From NCBI GenBank assembly GCA_965228855.1, contig CBDDIJ010000005.1, forward strand, positions 128,001 through 192,000: 64,000 nucleotides of DNA, in the 5' to 3' direction. Source of the stretch: Candidatus Obscuribacterales bacterium (lineage in GTDB: Bacteria > Cyanobacteriota > Vampirovibrionia > Obscuribacterales > Obscuribacteraceae). The position numbers were made by a program, and so were the translations under genes. Below are positions 8,590 to 20,329 of the stretch, one piece after another. The notes beneath the pieces are model-generated. The model saw only the letters and a list, made by a program, of their open reading frames with translations. It searched no databases and had not been told where the DNA came from. Each line of letters begins with the position of its first letter. The first letter of the stretch is position 1.

Positions 8590-11500
8590 TTACGACGGTA
8601 CGTTGAACGAACCTTCGCCAATCGGCGGGTAGATGTCTTGCTCTTCCTCTTCTTCTTCGACCGGAGCGGCATGACCCTGGAAGCCGGTTCCAGCAGGAAT
8701 GAGACGTCCGATGATGACGTTCTCTTTCAAACCGCGGAGCCAGTCTTTCTTTCCTTCGACTGCAGCTTCGGTCAAGATTCTTGTGGTTTCTTGGAAAGAT
8801 GCTGCCGAGATGAAGGACTCGGTGTTCAACGAAGCCTTTGTGATACCGAGGAGCACGTCGGTGTAGGTTGCTGGAACCAAACCGGCTTGCATAGCGCGCT
8901 CGTTTTCCATTTCGATGGCGAAACGTTCCATGAGCTCGCCCGGAAGCAAGATGGTATCCTTCGGATCGTCGACACGAACCTTACGGGTCATCTGTCTTAC
9001 GATTACTTCGATGTGTTTGTCGGCGATTTCTACACCTTGTGAGCGGTAGACAGACTGAACTTCGTCGACGAGGAATTTCTGCGCTGCTTCGATTCCAAGG
9101 AGTCTGACGATATCGTGCGGGTTCGGAGGACCGTCGGTGATTGCTCTGCCAACGGTAATCGGTTCACCGTCTTCCGGAAGAATGTTCATACCCGGCGGAA
9201 TCGGAACTTCTTCCTCTGCGCCATCGCTGTACACCATGTAGAAGCGGTGTTGATCGTCTTCGCTGACAATCTTCGCGCGTCCTTCTTTCTCCGAGAGGAT
9301 TGCAGATTCTTTCGGCTTACGAGCTTCAAGAAGTTCTTCAACCCGCGGAAGACCCTGAACGATGTCTCCGGTTTTCTGACGTTCGAAGATGAGGGTGGCA
9401 AGCAGGTCGCCCCGTTGCACCAGCGCTCCGTCTTCGCACTGCAGTTGCGTGTTAGCCGAGATCAGATATGGTCTGCCACGACGAACAATGATTTCGTCCT
9501 TCTCGACTCCGACAACTTGACCGGACTGTGTACCGATTGTCGATTTAGAGATTGCGTCATCGTTGCGGATGAGGTCGTTCTCTTTAACAGTCGCTGCGCC
9601 CTTCAGCTTCTGGTGAATTTGTTGTTCTTCAGTGATGAGGAGCAAACGTCTTTCGTCTGTCTTCGAGAGTTGAACTTTCGCGTCACTGCGGGTCAATACT
9701 TGAGTGGTTGCGACAGGCGTCTTAGGATCGACTATCTGACCGTTCTCAACATCGAGGAGAGTAACGTTGAAGTCTTGCTCACGGCGGAGCATGATGTTTT
9801 CTTGAACGACGATGTGGAATTCTTCGTCGATCTCAACGATACCTTTGAGTTCTTGCAAGTAGCCTTGCATCTGGAGAACCAATGAGGTTCTCGTGAGTTG
9901 AGCGCCCTGGATTTGTCTGACCTTTTCTCTGTCGCGGAACAAGAGTTGGGTTACTGATCTCAAGCCGATCTTCTCGTCGGTTTGGCTGTGCTTGAACTTG
10001 GTTGCCGGAGGCTCGATCCAGTATTCTTCGACCGGACGGACCACGCAAAGAATGGTGCCGTCATCCTTATCGAAAAGGCTGACCATCTTACGTTCTTTGT
10101 GCGTATAGCCATCGACGATCTCGGTGCCTGGCTCGATGAGCTGACCTTCCGGAACTTTGAGTTCAGACGGATCTGCGATCGGCAGCAATTCGCCGGGTCT
10201 GATGATGACTTCGTGGATGATGTCGTTGTCCGCGACGATTTGTACAACACCGTCGAGGTGAGCGAAAACGTCTTTGACGACTTCTTGTCCAGCGGTTACG
10301 AGATCGCCGGTTTCCGCCATCTTCAAACTGATGTCTTTCGAGATGAAGTGGATTTCTTCGGGGATGAAGAGCACCTTACCAGCTTTGACGACTACGCGGC
10401 GGTCGTCGATTTCGACACCATCATAAAGAATCTCACCACCGGTGGTGACTGAGTTGGTGCCGTCTTCGATAAGTTCGGCGACGATCTTACCGTTTTCAAC
10501 AATCTCGTCTTTGACGACTTTGATTGCCCAGGTTTCCTTCGTTTTCGGAACTTTCCAGTAAGAACCTTTCTGACCGGCATCGAGCTTGGCGTTGGCGGAG
10601 CCGACCGAAGCGATGACAACGTTGATTTCCTTACCTTTAACGAGTCTCGTGACTGTTTTTCTGCCGCGTTTGACTTGTTCGGTTTCGATTTCAGGACCGA
10701 AACGCACTTCGCCACCATGCTCGGTGAGGATTTGGATTTCAGCAAGAACATCGAGTGCTTTCACTTCTTGTCCGTCTTTGACGACGACTTCGGAACCGGA
10801 AGGCAGGTTGTACACGTCACCTTCAAGGACCCAGATGATACCGGCACGGTTGGCGGTACGGCTGATGTTTCCTTGACGGTCGCGTTTTTCGTCAGCCTGG
10901 AAGCCTGCGAAAACGATACGACCTGAGATGTCCGCGGTAATATCCTTTGAAGCTCTTTCGGTCAGAGCCTTCTTGGAACCCGGCGGATCGTATTCGGCCA
11001 GGGTTTGACCGGCCTCGACTTCATCGCCGTTTTGAACCTGGAGAAGAGAACCGGTCAATACGTTGACTGATTTCTCTTTCTTACCGTCGTTAATCTTCAT
11101 CACACCATCTCTGGTGGTCTGTTCTTTCACATCACCGTAGGCGGTGCGGATCTGACGAGTTTGAATCTTGAACGAAACAGTTCCTCGGCCCGGTGACTTG
11201 AGCTGAGCACGGGATTTACCACCCGCCACAGCACCACCAGTGTGGAATGTACGCATTGTGAGCTGTGTTCCGGGCTCACCGATTGACTGCGCGGCGATGA
11301 TACCGATTGCTTCACCGGCGTCGACAACGCGGTTGTTGGTGAGCGACCAGCCGTAGCACTTCTGGCAAACGCCGTACTGTGCTTCGCAAGTCAGAGGTGA
11401 ACGAACTTTGACGGCTTTCGGTTTCTTCAACTTCTGGTCGAGGTCGAGAGATGCCATTCGATTGATGATTGTGTCTCTGCGATAAAGCACCTCACCAGTC

Positions 11501-12279
11501 TCCGGATCGACGATGTCTTCAGCGATTGTTCTGCCGAATGTACGTTCCGAGATTTTGACCAGGGCTTTATCCCCTTCAAGAATCTCTTGCATCAAGATGC
11601 CACGCTCGGTTCTGCAATCGGGCTCGCGAACGATAACGTCCTGCGCTACGTCGACGAGACGGCGGGTCAGGTATCCGGAGTCAGCTGTTTTCAGAGCTGT
11701 ATCTACAAGTCCTTTACGTGCACCGTAACTGGAGATGATGTATTCGGTTACGTTCAATCCTTCGCGGAAGTTTGCCTTAATCGGCAAGTCGATAATCTGA
11801 CCTTGAGAGTCAGCCATCAATCCCCGCATACCGACTAGCTGACGGACCTGGGAGATGTTACCTCTAGCGCCGGAGAACGCCATCATGTATACGGGGTTGA
11901 GTCTGTCGAAGTTGTCGACGACTTCCTTCGTCAATGCGTCCGTGGTTGCCGACCAGGTGTCGATAACTTTGTTGTAGCGTTCCACTTCCGTGATGTCGCC
12001 ACGTTCGTAACGGCGTTGCGCTTCTTCGATTTCTTTCTCGGCTGCCGCGATCAACTCACGTTTCTTCTCTGGAACGTCGAGATCGTCGATTGAAATTGTG
12101 ACACCGGCTCTGGTGGCAAATTTAAATCCGAGGTCTTTGAGAGAGTTGGCGAGGTTGGCTGTTTTAGCCGTGCCGTACTTCTCGTATACAGCCGACAAGA
12201 GAGCTCCAAGCTTTTTCTTATCAACCGTATCGTTGATGAATTCGAAGACTTCTTCCTTCTTAGATGTGTTGTAGACCAT
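8590..12279 (-). CDS. rpoC2: DNA-directed RNA polymerase subunit beta-prime, C-terminal part (RpoC2) with large SI3 insertion
   Basis: SGARG, GARKGLVDTALKTADSGYLTRRLVDV (bridge helix), AQSIGEPGTQLTMRTFHTGG (trigger loop), GDIVQGLPRVEELLEAR, SFISAASFQETTRIL, GLKENVIIGRLIPAGTG. Confidence 0.98.
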   Translation of the reverse strand: MVYNTSKKEEVFEFINDTVDKKKLGALLSAVYEKYGTAKTANLANSLKDLGFKFATRAGVTISIDDLDVPEKKRELIAAAEKEIEEAQRRYERGDITEVERYNKVIDTWSATTDALTKEVVDNFDRLNPVYMMAFSGARGNISQVRQLVGMRGLMADSQGQIIDLPIKANFREGLNVTEYIISSYGARKGLVDTALKTADSGYLTRRLVDVAQDVIVREPDCRTERGILMQEILEGDKALVKISERTFGRTIAEDIVDPETGEVLYRRDTIINRMASLDLDQKLKKPKAVKVRSPLTCEAQYGVCQKCYGWSLTNNRVVDAGEAIGIIAAQSIGEPGTQLTMRTFHTGGAVAGGKSRAQLKSPGRGTVSFKIQTRQIRTAYGDVKEQTTRDGVMKINDGKKEKSVNVLTGSLLQVQNGDEVEAGQTLAEYDPPGSKKALTERASKDITADISGRIVFAGFQADEKRDRQGNISRTANRAGIIWVLEGDVYNLPSGSEVVVKDGQEVKALDVLAEIQILTEHGGEVRFGPEIETEQVKRGRKTVTRLVKGKEINVVIASVGSANAKLDAGQKGSYWKVPKTKETWAIKVVKDEIVENGKIVAELIEDGTNSVTTGGEILYDGVEIDDRRVVVKAGKVLFIPEEIHFISKDISLKMAETGDLVTAGQEVVKDVFAHLDGVVQIVADNDIIHEVIIRPGELLPIADPSELKVPEGQLIEPGTEIVDGYTHKERKMVSLFDKDDGTILCVVRPVEEYWIEPPATKFKHSQTDEKIGLRSVTQLLFRDREKVRQIQGAQLTRTSLVLQMQGYLQELKGIVEIDEEFHIVVQENIMLRREQDFNVTLLDVENGQIVDPKTPVATTQVLTRSDAKVQLSKTDERRLLLITEEQQIHQKLKGAATVKENDLIRNDDAISKSTIGTQSGQVVGVEKDEIIVRRGRPYLISANTQLQCEDGALVQRGDLLATLIFERQKTGDIVQGLPRVEELLEARKPKESAILSEKEGRAKIVSEDDQHRFYMVYSDGAEEEVPIPPGMNILPEDGEPITVGRAITDGPPNPHDIVRLLGIEAAQKFLVDEVQSVYRSQGVEIADKHIEVIVRQMTRKVRVDDPKDTILLPGELMERFAIEMENERAMQAGLVPATYTDVLLGITKASLNTESFISAASFQETTRILTEAAVEGKKDWLRGLKENVIIGRLIPAGTGFQGHAAPVEEEEEEQDIYPPIGEGSFNVPS

Positions 12280-12349
12280 AGGTCCCTCGTCTTGGTTCTA
12301 AATGCAGTCGGCGAAACCGAACACTTAATTTGTTAACGCCAGTTATATT

Positions 12350-12375
12350 GGGAGTCCGGTTCTAAGCGGACTCCC
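12350..12375 (-). other. Intercistronic stem-loop between rpoC1 and rpoC2
   Basis: GGGAGTCCG-8 nt-CGGACTCCC, a perfect 9-bp stem just after the rpoC1 stop. It has no U-tract on the sense strand, so it is more likely a stability/processing element than a terminator. Confidence 0.55.
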
Positions 12376-12383
12376 GGAAAAAA

Positions 12384-14225
<1,842 letters not shown>

Positions 14226-14265
14226 CTCTCAATCTGTTCAAACTAATTTCGCACCGAGACAAAAA

Positions 14266-17200
14266 CTATTCTTCTTCGTCTTCCGACCAGTCTTCGTCTT
14301 CGTCGGTCTCAACAACCGCGGCAACACCGGCGTCTTCGTCTTCCGGGGCGTCACCCGATTCCCATTCTTCGTCCTCGTCGGATGCTTCTTCACCGGCTGC
14401 GCCGGTTGTTTCTTCATCTTCATCGGTACGGAATGAGGTGCGTTTTCTGGCGACGGTCTGAGTTTCTTCTTCTTCTTCATCGTCGTCGTCATCATAGACG
14501 TTCGCTTCATCAGCGCCGATGCCGTAAGAAACGGGCTTGCTACGTTTCGGCTCGGAGTAATCTCCGCCACCGCTGCTGAAGCCGATTAAGTCGGAATCAT
14601 CATCGGGACCGCCGGTCTGCACCAAACCTGATACCGCACTCTCAGCACCGGATATGACACCACTACTGCCGGACTTCAGTCCGGGCATCGGAGGAATCAT
14701 GCCGGAGCCGCCACCGGGAAGACCAGCGGATGCGAGACCTTCGGTTACGTTAGCGAGCGATGGATCGCGACCGCCGACTTGACCGAGTCCTGCCATTCCT
14801 GCCAGACCATCAAGTGCCATCGCACCGGACGGGACAGGAGATTCGCCGCCGATTTCGCCCATGCCGAGCTCGATTGGGGAGAGTCTTCTGAGACCGCGAG
14901 GACGTGCATCCTCTACTTCGGTCATCAAGTCGACTTCGATTTCGTGTCCGTCGCGAGTACGTTTTGCAACGCTCACGTCAAGACCGATCGATTGCAATTC
15001 GCGAACCAGGACCTTGAATGACTCAGGGATACCAGGACGCTTCAAGTTTTCACCTTTGACGATTGACTCGTATGCTTTCGAACGACCGTTTACGTCGTCG
15101 GACTTGATCGTCAACATCTCTTGCAGAGAGTAGGCGGCGCCGAAGGCTTCGAGTGCCCAGCACTCCATCTCTCCCAGACGCTGTCCGCCGAACTGCGCTT
15201 TACCACCGAGCGGTTGCTGGGTGACGAGCGAGTAAGGACCGGTTGAACGAGCGTGAATCTTGTCGTCGACAAGGTGCACGAGTTTCATCATATAGATCTT
15301 TCCGACGGTGACCGGACTATCGAAAGCGTTACCGGTTCTGCCATCGTAAAGGGTTACTTTGCCGTTGTCGGCGACCCAGGGAGCGTTAGCTTTGACTTTG
15401 CCCTTCGCGAGTTCTTCGTGAACGAGCACCGACGAGGCTTCCGGCTTCCACATTTCGTCGAACGGAGGAACTTCGTAGCGCTGACCGGTAAGCATTCCGG
15501 CAAAGCCCAACAAAGTTTCGAACGTTTGTCCGACGTTCATACGTGAAGGCACGCCCAGTGGGTTGAGAACGATGTCGACAGGTGTGCCGTCGGGCAGGTA
15601 AGGCATGTCTTCGACCGCGAGGATCTTAGCGACGATACCTTTGTTTCCGTGGCGTCCTGCAACTTTGTCTCCGACCGAGATCTTACGTTTCTGAGCGATG
15701 TATACACGCACGACCTTGTTAGCTACAGGCGGCAGTTCATCACCCTTTTCACGGTCGAATACTTTCACGTCTACAACGCGACCGCCTTCACCGTGTGGAA
15801 CGCGCAGTGAGTTGTCGCGCACGTCGCGAGCCTTCTCACCGAAGATTGCACGGAGCAATTTTTCTTCCGGCGGGTGTTCGGATTCACCTTTCGGTGTGAT
15901 CTTACCTACCAGGATGTCATCCGGATAAACCCGCGAACCGACGCGGACGATGCCGCTTTCGTCGAGGTGACGGAGCGATTCTTCCGATACGTTTGGAACT
16001 TCGCGCGTGATTTCTTCCGGACCAAGTTTCGTGGAGCGCGCGTCAATTTCCAGCTTCTCGATGTGGATCGAAGTCATGACTTCGTCGTACACGAGGCGCT
16101 GCGAAATCAAGATCGCATCCTCAAAGTTGTAGCCTTCCCATGGCATGAAGGCCACGAGCAGGTTTCTTCCTACAGCCAGCTCACCCTGTTTTGTCGCAGC
16201 ACCGTCAGCGATGATTTGACCAGGCTCAACATTGTCGCCGACATTGACGATCGGTTTCTGGTTGAGACAGGTGTCCTGGTTGGATCGTTGGAATTTGTTG
16301 AGTCTGTACTTGACGAGACGCTTGTCGCCAGTCCTTACATGGATGGCATTGGCGGTCACGTACTCGACCTTGCCTTCGATATCGGAGAGGATAACCATCC
16401 CGGAGTCTTTAGCGGCTTGCTTTTCGATACCGGTGGTCACCATCGCGCGTTCAGTTTGAACGAGCGGAACCGATTGACGTTGCATGTTCGATCCCATCAG
16501 GGCTCGGTTAGCATCATCGTGCTCGAGGAAGGGAATGAGAGCCGTTCCTACCGATACGATCTGAATCGGCGAGACGCCGACATAGTCCACCTCGTCAGGC
16601 GTAGTCTGAATAAACTCTGCCTTGTATCGAACGGGGATCAGTTCGGTTGCGAAACTGCCGTCGTCGTTAACCGAGACGTCACCTGGTGCTACGCGGAATC
16701 TGTCTTCCTCGTCAGCGGTCAGATAGTCCTTTTTCTCGGTAACGATGCCGTTTTCGACTTTCCAGTAAGGTGTCTCGATGAAGCCGTACGCGTTAACTCG
16801 GGCATGGGTAGCCAGAGAACCGATAAGACCTGCGTTCGGACCTTCAGGAGTTTCTACCGGGCAGATACGTCCGTAGTGACTGGGGTGAATATCGCGAACC
16901 GCGAATCCAGCACGTTCTCTCGACAAACCACCAGGTCCCAATGCTGACAGCCTGCGCTTGTGGGTTAGTTCAGCAAGCGGGTTGGTTTGGTCCATGAACT
17001 GCGACAACTGCGATGAACCGAAGAATTCACGGATGGCCGCGACCAGCGGTTTCGTATTCAAAAGGTTGGCAGGCGTCAGTGTGTCGGCGTCCTGGAGAGT
17101 CATACGCTCGCGAACGATTCGTTCTAAACGGGTGAGACCGATACGGAACTGGTTCTGGAGCAGTTCTCCGACAGAGCGGATACGACGGTTACCGAGGTGG

Positions 17201-18150
17201 TCGATGTCATCAGCTTGTCCTTCGTCGAAGTTCAAAGCGATGAGGTAGTCCACTGCGGCGACAATGTCTTCAGGTGTGAGCGTTCTATTGACTTCAGGAA
17301 CGTTCAAGCCGAGCTTCTTGTTGAGCTTGTAGCGTCCGACACGACCGAGGTCGTAGCGCTTGTCATCAAAGAAGCGGCTATCGAGGATACTTTGACCGCC
17401 GGCGACCGAAGGCGGATCACCGGGACGAAGTTTTCTATATACCTCTATAAGGGATTCTTCGCGAGTTTTGTTCGCGTCCTTTTCAAGAGTCTTCTTCAGG
17501 AAGTCGTGATGGCGGAAGATGGTTTCCATCTCCGAATCCGAGTATCCAAGCGCTCTGAGCAGAGTTGTCGCAGGAAGCTTCCGGTTTTTATCAATCTTGA
17601 CATAGATGATGTCGTTCGAGTCCGTCTCGAACTTCAGCCATGCGCCACGGTTCGGAATTAGCGTCGCCGAGAAGGTACGCTTACCGTTCGTGTCTACGTC
17701 ACGTTTGTAGTAGATCCCGGGTGAGCGGACAATCTGCGAAACGATAACGCGCTCGGCACCATTAATAATGAATGTACCGCGGTCGGTCATCATCGGGATG
17801 TCCCCGACGTAGATCTCCTGCTCTTTTATTTCTCCAATCTCGCGGTTGACGAGACGCATCTGGATACGCAGCTTCTTTGTGTAGCTGGCATCGAGAGCTC
17901 TCGCTTCTTCGGGAGTTTTGGGTTTGTTCGGTTCAGTGTGATCTTCGAACGAATAGTTCGTAAGAAAATGGAGCTCAAGTCTTCCTGTGTAGTCCTTAAT
18001 GGGACTGAAAGCCTTCAGCTCTTCTGCTAAACCTTCTTCAATAAACCAACGGAACGAAGCCTTCTGGATTTCGGCAAGGTCGGGCAATTCGGAAATGCGC
18101 GAACCACCGACTCCGAAGGTTCGGACGCGCTCAGACAACTCTAAAGCCAT
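14266..18150 (-). CDS. rpoB: DNA-directed RNA polymerase subunit beta with long C-terminal extension
   Basis: [77 protein letters not shown] upstream. Confidence 0.99.
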   Translation of the reverse strand: MALELSERVRTFGVGGSRISELPDLAEIQKASFRWFIEEGLAEELKAFSPIKDYTGRLELHFLTNYSFEDHTEPNKPKTPEEARALDASYTKKLRIQMRLVNREIGEIKEQEIYVGDIPMMTDRGTFIINGAERVIVSQIVRSPGIYYKRDVDTNGKRTFSATLIPNRGAWLKFETDSNDIIYVKIDKNRKLPATTLLRALGYSDSEMETIFRHHDFLKKTLEKDANKTREESLIEVYRKLRPGDPPSVAGGQSILDSRFFDDKRYDLGRVGRYKLNKKLGLNVPEVNRTLTPEDIVAAVDYLIALNFDEGQADDIDHLGNRRIRSVGELLQNQFRIGLTRLERIVRERMTLQDADTLTPANLLNTKPLVAAIREFFGSSQLSQFMDQTNPLAELTHKRRLSALGPGGLSRERAGFAVRDIHPSHYGRICPVETPEGPNAGLIGSLATHARVNAYGFIETPYWKVENGIVTEKKDYLTADEEDRFRVAPGDVSVNDDGSFATELIPVRYKAEFIQTTPDEVDYVGVSPIQIVSVGTALIPFLEHDDANRALMGSNMQRQSVPLVQTERAMVTTGIEKQAAKDSGMVILSDIEGKVEYVTANAIHVRTGDKRLVKYRLNKFQRSNQDTCLNQKPIVNVGDNVEPGQIIADGAATKQGELAVGRNLLVAFMPWEGYNFEDAILISQRLVYDEVMTSIHIEKLEIDARSTKLGPEEITREVPNVSEESLRHLDESGIVRVGSRVYPDDILVGKITPKGESEHPPEEKLLRAIFGEKARDVRDNSLRVPHGEGGRVVDVKVFDREKGDELPPVANKVVRVYIAQKRKISVGDKVAGRHGNKGIVAKILAVEDMPYLPDGTPVDIVLNPLGVPSRMNVGQTFETLLGFAGMLTGQRYEVPPFDEMWKPEASSVLVHEELAKGKVKANAPWVADNGKVTLYDGRTGNAFDSPVTVGKIYMMKLVHLVDDKIHARSTGPYSLVTQQPLGGKAQFGGQRLGEMECWALEAFGAAYSLQEMLTIKSDDVNGRSKAYESIVKGENLKRPGIPESFKVLVRELQSIGLDVSVAKRTRDGHEIEVDLMTEVEDARPRGLRRLSPIELGMGEIGGESPVPSGAMALDGLAGMAGLGQVGGRDPSLANVTEGLASAGLPGGGSGMIPPMPGLKSGSSGVISGAESAVSGLVQTGGPDDDSDLIGFSSGGGDYSEPKRSKPVSYGIGADEANVYDDDDDEEEEETQTVARKRTSFRTDEDEETTGAAGEEASDEDEEWESGDAPEDEDAGVAAVVETDEDEDWSEDEEE

Positions 18151-18225
18151 CGGTTACCTCTGGTATTCTGGCTGGACAAAATCGACAATGCAATTGCAAA
18201 TGCCTAAAATGGGCACGGAGGAGCA

Positions 18226-18254
18226 ACTATAAGTAGAGATTATTGTATTGTCAA
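18226..18254 (-). promoter_or_regulatory. Sigma70-type promoter of the rpoB operon
   Basis: Minus strand TTGACA-17 nt-TATAGT (-35 at 18254-18249, -10 at 18231-18226). Confidence 0.75.
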
Positions 18255-18550
18255 TGAAATTGTTGGGAAACATAAAGCTCCGTGAGGCGCTTCGCGACTT
18301 CGTTAAAATACGCTTATTCGCCAAAACGCAGTCCCATGAACTTCTAATCAAATTCATAACTCGATCTCATTTTTGCCATAACGTTGCTGATAACGCCACA
18401 TCTCGTTAAAGTTTCTTAAGTATCAATGCCATTTTCGGCGAGTGTGCTGACTGTCGAAGAGCCTCTACTCTGTGATAATAGATATCGGCTGGAACCGAAA
18501 CCGTTGGAAGCCGATCGCGCAAACGGTTTACAGGCAAGGCTTTAGAGTAT

Positions 18551-18649
18551 GGGGATGGAGCGCCGCTGGTGTGGCGTACGGTCTTCAAAACCGTTGTGGG
18601 GTAGAAAAACGCTATCCTGGGTGGGTTCGATTCCCACGCGTCCCCGCCA
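18551..18649 (+). tRNA. selC: tRNA-Sec (anticodon UCA)
   Basis: Folds as GGGGATGG / CGCCGC-TGGT-GTGGCG (6-bp D stem, 4-nt loop) / ACGGT-CTTCAAA-ACCGT / long variable arm TGGGGTAG..CTATCCTG / GTGGG-TTCGATT-CCCAC / GCGTCCCC-G-CCA. This is the bacterial tRNA-Sec layout with a G discriminator. Confidence 0.93.
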
Positions 18650-19052
18650 ACTTATTACAACTTAACTGAAAAAAACTCGCTCAAGCTTTGCGGTTCTTAA
18701 CGAAGAGGCTGTCGAAGAAACGCTTGGCGTCTACCGAATGCAAAGTGAAAGGAACCCGGGTTGTCTGCGAACGTCATCAGAGTTCTGCAAACGTGACATC
18801 AATCTTTGGGGGTTCAGCTTATCGGTTCGGGCTAAAGGTGCGGGCAAAAGGGACCCTATTCGATCACTTTTCTCTTTGCAACCGCAAAAAATCTCACCAT
18901 TCCGACAAATTTTTTTGCATAATCATAAGTGAAAACCGGCATGGGACGATGCGATCCAATCTGGCTCGCTGACTGCGTTTGGATCGATGTCACTGCCGGT
19001 GATATCATATAAAATCGATCCTTGACATCCCGAAATCAAGAGTCCAGGGGGC

Positions 19053-19080
19053 TTTACAATCTTTGGTAAGTTCTCATAAT
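19053..19080 (+). promoter_or_regulatory. Putative promoter of the xer gene, overlapped by a dif-like sequence
   Basis: TTTACA-16 nt-CATAAT immediately upstream of the ORF. Confidence 0.45.
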
Positions 19081-19085
19081 AATGT

Positions 19086-20192
19086 GTGTGTGGAATGCGA
19101 GATTCTCAGTTACTAGAAAGTCGGTCAAATGTGAATGGGCAACAAGGGGCACTTACCTGGTTAGATCAGTTTGCAGGTTACTTGGAGGTAGAGCGAAATT
19201 ATTCGTCGCACACGATTCGTGCGTACCTCAATGACCTCAGACAGCTAATCGATAGTACGAGCGGGCCGCTCGAATCCGGCACAGCCGGTCATCAAGCGGC
19301 GCCATCGCACGGCGAAATCGCCTTTCGTCCAAGCGATGCCTTTACTCAGCCCGGCCAGCCGCTGCAAACGCTTCCAACATCGTCGCAACCAGCGCAAAGC
19401 GATGATGCTGATTCTGATTCTGATTCAAAGAGCGCATCCTGGCTCGAAGCGGAAGGGCTCAAAACCTATATCCGCCAGATTCAGGAACAGTACAGCCGTC
19501 CCACAGTCGCTCGGAAGATATCTGCGATTCGCAGTTTCTACAAGTACCTGCGGCGCGAGCAACTAATCGACGAAGATCCGTCAAAATTGGTGCGCGGTCC
19601 CAAACTGACACGGAAGCTCCCGTCCTGCTTGGACAGAGACGAAGTGGTACGTTTGCTCCTCGCCCCTGACATGTCGGTTCTCGGCGTTCGCGACAGAGCA
19701 CTCATGGAGGTACTCTACGCGACAGGCATGCGAGTTTCCGAACTCTGCAGCTTGAAAGTTCAAGACTACAACCAGGAAGCCATGGAAATGCGCGTAACTG
19801 GTAAAGGCAGCAAAGAGCGTGTCGTACTTCTCAACCAGAGCGCTAACGCCTGGCTGAGGAAATACCTCAATGAGTACTGGCCGAAATTGGCTGGTGGACG
19901 CGTTCCGGCACCGGAAAGCCCGCTTTTCGTGAGCCGTCAAGCCACGCGTCTCTCGTCGCGTTCGGTGCACAGAGTTGTGCTCAAATACGCGAAGAAAGCC
20001 AAGATCGAGAAGCAAATCACCCCGCACACGTTGCGGCATACATTTGCAACTCACCTTCTCGAAGGTGGAGCCGACCTGAGAGTGGTCCAAGATCTTCTTG
20101 GTCACACCACGATCAACACGACTCAGATCTATACGCACGTAAGCCTCGATCGGTTGCGAAGAGTTTACTCCAACACCCACCCTCGAGCTTAG
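19086..20192 (+). CDS. xerC: XerC/XerD-type site-specific tyrosine recombinase
   Basis: ERNYSSHTIRAY..DL, RDRALMEVLYATGMRVSEL, GKGSKER, PHTLRHTFATHLLEGGADLRVVQDLLGH, TTQIYTHV, C-terminal HPRA. I cannot distinguish XerC from XerD by eye, and the start codon is uncertain. Confidence 0.9.
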   Translation: MCGMRDSQLLESRSNVNGQQGALTWLDQFAGYLEVERNYSSHTIRAYLNDLRQLIDSTSGPLESGTAGHQAAPSHGEIAFRPSDAFTQPGQPLQTLPTSSQPAQSDDADSDSDSKSASWLEAEGLKTYIRQIQEQYSRPTVARKISAIRSFYKYLRREQLIDEDPSKLVRGPKLTRKLPSCLDRDEVVRLLLAPDMSVLGVRDRALMEVLYATGMRVSELCSLKVQDYNQEAMEMRVTGKGSKERVVLLNQSANAWLRKYLNEYWPKLAGGRVPAPESPLFVSRQATRLSSRSVHRVVLKYAKKAKIEKQITPHTLRHTFATHLLEGGADLRVVQDLLGHTTINTTQIYTHVSLDRLRRVYSNTHPRA

Positions 20193-20216
20193 TTGCCTTG
20201 AGTTGAAACGAATTAC

Positions 20217-20254
20217 AACGCGCCGCGTTCGCCACGAACCGGCGCGTTTCGTTT
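20217..20254 (+). terminator. Intrinsic terminator after xer
   Basis: AACGCGCCG..GTTC-loop-GAAC-CGGCGCGTT stem followed by TCGTTT. Confidence 0.55.
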
Positions 20255-20329
20255 GCTAGAATTAGGAGACACTGCGCCTTCAACCTGAAGTTGCACGCGG
20301 TGCTATCAACGATCGAGAAAGTGATTGGC

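Noticed and set aside
18551..20192. Integrative element at selC (tRNA followed by a tyrosine recombinase)
   Set aside because: The recombinase has housekeeping XerC/D signatures, the following genes are core (PBP1A, nupC, cstA), and I saw no duplicated tRNA 3-prime end. That check was by eye and not exhaustive.
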